64,000 nt of DNA from Eubacteriales bacterium (GTDB lineage Bacteria; Bacillota; Clostridia; Oscillospirales; CAG-272). The notes beneath the pieces are model-generated. The model saw nothing but the letters and a program-made list of their open reading frames with translations, was not told the DNA's origin and did no database searches. Numbering within the stretch: the first letter of the stretch is position 1; every line of letters starts with the position of its first letter. The DNA lies in contig JBNRMS010000017.1 of NCBI GenBank assembly GCA_050309735.1, positions 8,432 through 72,431 on the forward strand, given 5' to 3'. The translations under genes and the position numbers were made by a program. Positions 58,786 to 64,000 of the stretch are shown one piece after another.

Positions 58786-59787
58786 ATGTTTGTTTTAGGA
58801 ATAGAAACCTCCTGCGACGAAACCTCTTGCGCCGTCGTAGAGATGGGAGAGCGAGTGCGCGCGATACGCTCGAATATAGTCGCCTCGCAGATAGAAACGC
58901 ATCGCATCTATGGCGGTGTTGTGCCGGAAATCGCGAGCCGAGCGCATGTTGAGGCGGTGAGTGCAATCACCCGCCAGGCGCTTGATTTGGCAGGGGTATC
59001 TCTTGCAGATATCGGCGCTGTGGCGGTGACAACTCATCCGGGGCTTATCGGGGCGCTGCTTGTCGGGGTTAATTTTGCAAAATCGCTTGCCTTTGCTAAC
59101 AATATTCCCCTGGTTCCGGTCGACCACATCAAGGCGCACGCCGCGGCCGCCTATCTCTCGCATCCCACCCTTGAGCCGCCCCATCTCTCTGTTGTGGTGT
59201 CGGGCGGGCACACCTCGATTTACAGGGTCGACTCATATACCGATTTTCACGAGATCGGAGGCACGCGCGACGACGCCGCGGGCGAGGCTTTTGACAAGAT
59301 AGGCAGAGTGATCGGTTTATCTTATCCGGCCGGCGCGGCTCTCGACCTGCTTGCCCGAGACGGTGACGACCGTGCCGTTGAACTGCCCTCGCCCGCTCTG
59401 GCGGGCGACACGCTTGATTTTTCTTTCAGCGGGATAAAGACGGCCGCACTAAACTATATTAATAGTCAAGCTCAAAAGGGAAACGAGATAAATCGCGCAA
59501 ATCTTGCCGCCTCGCTCACCCGTATGATAGTCGAAGCGATAGAAAAGAAGACCGAGGCAGCCTTAGGGCTCACCCGAATGCGAGCCCTTGTGCTCTCGGG
59601 AGGAGTTGCGGCAAATTCGCACTTGCGAGCGGCACTCGCAGCTATGTGCCAGAGGCGCGGGGTGGATTTCGCCGTTCCACCGATAAGCCTTTGCGGAGAT
59701 AACGGTGCTATGGTCGCCGCCGCCGGATATTTTGCCTATCTTGCCGGCGAGCGGGCGGGAAGCGCGCTCAATGCCTCAGCGACATGA
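58786..59787 (+). CDS. tsaD: tRNA N6-adenosine threonylcarbamoyltransferase
   Basis: LGIETSCDETS N-terminus, HI.AH metal motif (VDHIKAHAAAA), GGVAAN. 333 aa. Confidence 0.95.
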   Translation: MFVLGIETSCDETSCAVVEMGERVRAIRSNIVASQIETHRIYGGVVPEIASRAHVEAVSAITRQALDLAGVSLADIGAVAVTTHPGLIGALLVGVNFAKSLAFANNIPLVPVDHIKAHAAAAYLSHPTLEPPHLSVVVSGGHTSIYRVDSYTDFHEIGGTRDDAAGEAFDKIGRVIGLSYPAGAALDLLARDGDDRAVELPSPALAGDTLDFSFSGIKTAALNYINSQAQKGNEINRANLAASLTRMIVEAIEKKTEAALGLTRMRALVLSGGVAANSHLRAALAAMCQRRGVDFAVPPISLCGDNGAMVAAAGYFAYLAGERAGSALNASAT

Positions 59788-59836
59788 GGAAGAGAATTAC
59801 TTGAATTATATAATGAAAAGCGGGTTTTCCACACCT

Positions 59837-59860
59837 GTTTTCCACAGGCCTGTGGAAAAC
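59837..59860. promoter_or_regulatory. Perfect 24-bp palindrome upstream of rex
   Basis: GTTTTCCACAGGCCTGTGGAAAAC, with a third direct half-site GTTTTCCACA at 59824-59833. Lies 38 nt upstream of the rex ATG. Confidence 0.45.
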
Positions 59861-59897
59861 AAACAAAAACCTTCTTACCAACGAAAGGAGCCACCCA

Positions 59898-60647
59898 ATG
59901 GATAATTTTGATTTTGACAGAATAATGGCCGAGGAGAGCGAGCTTGGCGACCTGATTGACAAAAGCGGTTTCAATAAAAGCAATGTCTCCCCGGCTGTGA
60001 TAAAGCGCCTGCCGCGCTATTTCCGCTATCTGCGCGAGCTGATAAGGGGCGGGAAATCGAGGATAAGCTCGGGAGAGCTGTCCGAGATTATGCGGGTTAC
60101 GGCCTCACAGATAAGGCAGGATCTCAATTGTTTCGGCGGCTTCGGTCAGCAGGGCTATGGTTATAATGTCAACTATTTATATGCTAAAATCTGCGAGATA
60201 CTTGGGGTTGGAATGGGTTTTCGAGCCATAATTATCGGCACGGGAAACATCGGATCGGCTCTTGTTCGCAACCCGATGTTCGAGAAGCGAGGGGTTGATG
60301 TTATCGCCCTGTTTGACGTTGACCCGGCGGTTATCGGCAAAAAGGTCGGAGGGATAGAGGTTTTTGATATGGATAGACTTGAGAGTTTTTGCGTTGAAAA
60401 CCACGCCGACATAGCTGTTATGACCCTGCCTAAGGAGGCGGCTCAGCAGGCTGCAGAGCGCGTGGTTAAGTGCGGCATACGCGGAATATGGAATTTCACC
60501 GGAAAGGAATTTGATTTTGATAGGGAGAAAATAATTGTCGAAAACGTTCACCTGGGCGACTCGCTGATGACGCTGAGCTATGAGCTCTGCCGCCTTGCCG
60601 AGGCCGACGCTGCCGCCGGGGAAGGCTCGGATGATAATGAGGATTAA
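59898..60647 (+). CDS. rex: Redox-sensing transcriptional repressor Rex
   Basis: AVIKRLPRYFRYLREL winged-helix N-domain and the Rossmann GIIGTGNIGSAL. Has a roughly 30-aa N-terminal extension (good AAGGAG RBS at the annotated start) and an acidic C-terminal tail. Confidence 0.9.
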   Translation: MDNFDFDRIMAEESELGDLIDKSGFNKSNVSPAVIKRLPRYFRYLRELIRGGKSRISSGELSEIMRVTASQIRQDLNCFGGFGQQGYGYNVNYLYAKICEILGVGMGFRAIIIGTGNIGSALVRNPMFEKRGVDVIALFDVDPAVIGKKVGGIEVFDMDRLESFCVENHADIAVMTLPKEAAQQAAERVVKCGIRGIWNFTGKEFDFDREKIIVENVHLGDSLMTLSYELCRLAEADAAAGEGSDDNED

Positions 60648-61662
60648 TTTTGATTTTTCGGGCGGGTCTGCTTCTTTTCCGGCCGCGGCGGCAGCGAGTG
60701 TCGGTCGCGCATCGGAAACGGCGCTGCGCCTCTTAATCCTGCTTGCCGCCGAGAGCGAGTGTCGCGAGGATTTCGAGGGGAGGGCCGAATATATCGCAAA
60801 AAAACTCAAATGCACGCGCAAGGAGCTTGATATGGCGCTCGGGTTTTGGTGCGGCGCCGGAATTCTGGATGTCGGGCACAATAGCTCCGAAGATGCAGAT
60901 TCAGAGGGCGAGCCTTCTGAAAAGGCCGAGGATGAAAAAACATCGGTCACTGTCGGGGAGAGCGCTTCCCGGCAGTCCGGCAAAAAGAGCGCTAAACTGA
61001 TGCGCGCTGCCGGGATTCCCGAGTACACCTCTGAGGAGCTTGCAGATCTGCTCGAACGTGACCGCGGGGCAACCGGGTTTATTGACGAAGCGCAGCGGCG
61101 GCTCAAGCGAATGTTTAACCCGCGCGAGGTTTCGATTCTCATAGGCCTGCGAGGATATCTTGAGCTTGAGGACGAATACATATTTTTGCTGCTCGACTAC
61201 TGCGCCCGAATCGGCAAAACCAGCATTCGCTATGTTGAAACTATGGCATTCGGAATGTATGACGACGGGGTTGTGGGTGCCGAGGCGCTCGCCGAGGCGC
61301 TCGCCGAGCGCGAGGCGTACGGCGAGTTTGAGGGAAAATTCAAGGCAATGATAGGAGCGAGGGGACGGCGGCTAACCGCGAAAGAAACACGCTTTCTCGG
61401 GCGCTGGAGAGGCGAGATGAAGTACGACTTCCGCATGGTCGAGCTGGCATATGAGAGAACGGTCGATGCAATACACGAGTACAGTCCCGCCTATATGAAC
61501 TCGATTCTTGAGCGCTGGTACGCCGCCGGGATAAGTACACCCGAGCTTGCCGAGGCCGAGCGCGAAAAGAAGCGCTCGGGTTCTGAGGAGAGTAAGAGCT
61601 ATGATATCGACGAATTTATTGAGGCGGCGCTTCGCCGCAGCATGAGTGATTCGGAGGCGTAA
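60637..61662 (+). CDS. DnaD/DnaB_2-domain replication initiation protein
   Basis: Two DnaB_2-type repeats (..EVSILIGLRGYLELEDEYIFLLLDYCARIGKTSIRYVETMAF and ..MVELAYERTV..YSPAYMNSILERWYAAGISTPE). The start overlaps the rex stop and could be 60631 or 60637. Confidence 0.75.
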   Translation: MRINFDFSGGSASFPAAAAASVGRASETALRLLILLAAESECREDFEGRAEYIAKKLKCTRKELDMALGFWCGAGILDVGHNSSEDADSEGEPSEKAEDEKTSVTVGESASRQSGKKSAKLMRAAGIPEYTSEELADLLERDRGATGFIDEAQRRLKRMFNPREVSILIGLRGYLELEDEYIFLLLDYCARIGKTSIRYVETMAFGMYDDGVVGAEALAEALAEREAYGEFEGKFKAMIGARGRRLTAKETRFLGRWRGEMKYDFRMVELAYERTVDAIHEYSPAYMNSILERWYAAGISTPELAEAEREKKRSGSEESKSYDIDEFIEAALRRSMSDSEA

Positions 61663-61707
61663 TTTATATAAAGCCGGGGACGCAACGCTCGCCCCGCGTA
61701 CACGGAG

Positions 61708-62697
61708 GTGCCAATGGGGTATAACAAAGAAAATTACAGGCGGATAAGAGCCGAATTTGAAAATAAATACCGGATTGCAAGAGATGAGGCCGACCGTCGC
61801 CGCGAGGAGGTTTGGCGCTCTGTGCCGGGCGTGCGCGAGCTTGACAGGGAGCTTGGGCGGGTGGGGCTTGAGATAATGGAGGCCGTTATGTCGTCTGGCG
61901 GCGACACCGGGGCGCTGGTTGCCGCAATACGCAAGAAAAACGAGCGCCTCCAGGAGAAGCGGCGCGAGCTGCTTGTTCGCGGCGGCTATCCGGATGACTA
62001 TACCGACGTTCGCTATGCCTGCGATCACTGCCATGACAGCGGATATGCCAACGGACGGATGTGCGAATGTATGCGGCGAGAATTGATAATTGCCGGGTGT
62101 GAATCGTCGGGCATAGGACAGCTTATGCGTGAGCAGAATTTTGATAATTTCTCGCTTGAATACTATAGCAAAAATATTCAGACCTATTCGGAGATGGAGC
62201 GTGTGCTCTCGGTGGCCTTCAAGTTTGCAAACAATTTCACCGAGACCGGCTCGGGGAATCTTGCCCTGATTGGCGGTACCGGGCTTGGGAAAACACATAT
62301 TTCAAGTGCCATAGCGCGGCGGGTTATCGAGCGGGGTTATGATGTGTCTTATGTCAGCGCTCAGGGGTTGATTTCGGATTTTGAGAAGGACCGCTTTGGC
62401 AACAGCAGCACCTCGGGCGGGGGAGGCGAGGTTTCGCGCTATTTTGAGTGCGACCTTTTGATTATCGACGACCTTGGCACCGAGATGACAAATCAGTTCG
62501 TCGTCTCCTGTCTTTACAACGTGATAAACACAAGGCTCAATCTTCGGAAATCGACTATAATCAACACAAATCTTTCGCCCAGAGAACTAGAGGCGCGCTA
62601 CACCGAGCGAATAGCCAGCCGGATTATCGGCGAGTATAAATATCTGAGATTTGTGGGGACAGATGTGCGCGCGCAGAAGCTTGGGCTTAAAAAATAA
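61708..62697 (+). CDS. DnaI/DnaC-like helicase loader ATPase
   Basis: Zn-ribbon CDHCHDSGY..RMCEC, Walker A GGTGLGKTH, Walker B LLIIDDLGTE. Immediately after the DnaD-like gene. Confidence 0.85.
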   Translation: MPMGYNKENYRRIRAEFENKYRIARDEADRRREEVWRSVPGVRELDRELGRVGLEIMEAVMSSGGDTGALVAAIRKKNERLQEKRRELLVRGGYPDDYTDVRYACDHCHDSGYANGRMCECMRRELIIAGCESSGIGQLMREQNFDNFSLEYYSKNIQTYSEMERVLSVAFKFANNFTETGSGNLALIGGTGLGKTHISSAIARRVIERGYDVSYVSAQGLISDFEKDRFGNSSTSGGGGEVSRYFECDLLIIDDLGTEMTNQFVVSCLYNVINTRLNLRKSTIINTNLSPRELEARYTERIASRIIGEYKYLRFVGTDVRAQKLGLKK

Positions 62698-62750
62698 TAA
62701 AATCAAAGGTATAAGCGAATACTAATCGCGTATACCTTTCTTATTTGGAG

Positions 62751-62776
62751 AGGTTATGCGTATAACCTTTATTTTT
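62751..62776 (+). terminator. Rho-independent terminator
   Basis: AGGTTAT-GCGT-ATAACCT followed by TTATTTTT. Confidence 0.55.
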
Positions 62777-62787
62777 AGGAGTTTGAA

Positions 62788-63240
62788 ATGGAGAATACCG
62801 GAACTATTACCCGCACGGGAGAGCTTGCGGGAAAAATTTACAAGAACATGAAAATGGGAGCCGATTCAGTACTGAACCTGCTTCCCAAGGTCGAGGACGA
62901 GCGGCTCAAGTCTCACATGACGGCTCTGATCGACGGTTATGAAAAATATGCGTCTGACGCAAGAGGATTTCTTGTGAGCGAGGGGGTTCCCGCGCGCGAG
63001 GAGGGTGCGATGGCAAAGATGGGTGCGAAAATGGGGATAGGGATGAAAACAATCACCGATTCGAGCACAAGCCGCATTGCCGAGCTTCTGATGGAGGGGG
63101 CTGTGATGGGGATTTGCGATACCACGCGGGTGCTGCATGAGTATGAAAACAAGGATTGCCGCCCTGAGGCACTGCAGCTTGCAAGGGATATAATCGGCTT
63201 TGAGGAGAAAAACTTTAATGAGGCTAAGGGCTTTGTGTAG
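62788..63240 (+). CDS. Hypothetical helical protein
   Basis: 150 aa. TAGGAG RBS. Predicted all-helical, no motif recognised. Confidence 0.5.
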   Translation: MENTGTITRTGELAGKIYKNMKMGADSVLNLLPKVEDERLKSHMTALIDGYEKYASDARGFLVSEGVPAREEGAMAKMGAKMGIGMKTITDSSTSRIAELLMEGAVMGICDTTRVLHEYENKDCRPEALQLARDIIGFEEKNFNEAKGFV

Positions 63241-63288
63241 ATGAGAAGTGCCGATCTTAGCGCGTGAGAGGGCTTTTTTGTGATAGGG

Positions 63289-63320
63289 CAGGCGGGGTGC
63301 TCCCCCGCCTGTTGTTTTTT
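63289..63320 (+). terminator. Rho-independent terminator
   Basis: CAGGCGGGG-TGCT-CCCCCGCCTG followed by TTGTTTTTT. Confidence 0.75.
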
Positions 63321-63382
63321 GTCAAGCCCCAAAGGTGAGCCGCCCTCGGGCTGATGCGAATGATGAATATAGGAAATTTCTC

Positions 63383-63706
63383 TTATTCACAGCCCTCCGC
63401 TGTCTGCTCGCTCTCGGGCTGATGAGCCTCTTTTCGGGTTTTTATTTCATTTTCGATTTTTTTCTTCTCGGCACGAAGTTTGTCGATCTGGGCAATTATA
63501 ATGCTTGACTTTTCGGGGTTTTCGGAATTTTCCTTTTGAGATTTATAGACAAGGCGTCCGAGTTTTTCGTATTCCTCGCACAGGCGAAGCTTTATTCCTT
63601 GAATCCGCAGCCTTGCTGTGGCAGCATCGGCCACTTCTCCGGCCTTGAGAGCCGCTTTTGACGCTATCTTAGTGGCGTCTGTTTTGAAATCTTCCCATCC
63701 GGACAT
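63383..63706 (-). CDS. Hypothetical coiled-coil protein
   Basis: 107 aa. Start at MSGWEDF, 8 nt after GGAGGT. Heptad-like charged sequence. Confidence 0.5.
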   Translation of the reverse strand: MSGWEDFKTDATKIASKAALKAGEVADAATARLRIQGIKLRLCEEYEKLGRLVYKSQKENSENPEKSSIIIAQIDKLRAEKKKIENEIKTRKEAHQPESEQTAEGCE

Positions 63707-63840
63707 GCTATGTACCTCCATTAATCAGATGTGTGTGTTCTTATCATTATTATATAATTTTTCTGGCGGAAAGTAAACAGTTTCGCGAAAAAAGATGTCC
63801 TCCGCGCGATTGCGCGGAGGACGCGGGTATTGTGTGTCGT

Positions 63841-64000
63841 TTATTTCAGGGAGGAGACAAACTTTGATATGGCGGTTTCGTAGGTTTTTATGCCGGTTGC
63901 GAGCGTGGGCTCAATAAGCTGTGTATCTTCTGTTTGTGTGGCTATTTCCGCGAGGAAGCTGTTGGGGTCATATACCTGCGAGGAGATGACGCGCTCGAGA
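63841..64000 (-). CDS. C-terminal fragment of an unidentified CDS that continues beyond the window
   Basis: Open minus-strand frame to the window edge, ending ..TGIKTYETAISKFVSSLK* with stop TAA at 63843-63841. Product not identifiable. Confidence 0.35.
   Translation of the reverse strand, partial: LERVISSQVYDPNSFLAEIATQTEDTQLIEPTLATGIKTYETAISKFVSSLK

Noticed and set aside
60177-61181. 334-aa ORF on the minus strand
   Set aside because: Antisense to rex and the dnaD-like gene. Low-complexity Ser/Arg/Ala-rich sequence with no RBS or motif.
61372-62298. 308-aa ORF on the minus strand
   Set aside because: Antisense to the DnaD-like and DnaI-like genes, which carry clear Walker and Zn-ribbon motifs.

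Overview
The window reads as a chromosomal segment of a spore-forming Firmicute (Clostridia-like). Support: spoVT, a long-form hpf, DnaD/DnaI-type replication genes, adhE plus rex, and many lipobox lipoproteins. About 50 CDS are supported. They include a leuA-cimA-leuC-leuD-leuB operon, ligA, hpf, an ABC-2 exporter operon, a MOP-family flippase, adhE, a P-type Ca-type ATPase, a polar amino-acid ABC importer, citrate synthase, a 1755-aa alpha-2-macroglobulin-like protein, a ZIP metal transporter, a heterodimeric ABC exporter, and the run spoVT, comEB, rimI, tsaD, rex, dnaD-like, dnaI-like. I found no rRNA, tRNA, CRISPR array, transposase or prophage block. The most interesting signals are non-coding. 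(1) A textbook T-box leader with an apparent tyrosine (UAC) specifier precedes a Na+/solute symporter plus acyl-CoA ligase operon. (2) An 88-bp two-hairpin element occurs in three copies, always in the same orientation upstream of a gene, fused to its own promoter, with one compensatory stem change. (3) A roughly 120-220-bp intergenic element family sits directly after stop codons, together with short GGGGAACTT/AAGTTCCCC hairpin derivatives. Protein-level oddities are a cytidylate-kinase-like/ParB-Srx-like fusion, a mosaic lipoprotein (tail-fibre-like repeats, SH3b, SGNH) next to a BspA-type LRR lipoprotein, and the thioester-less A2M-like giant. All calls come from reading the sequence and ORF translations by eye. 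No database search or folding program was run.
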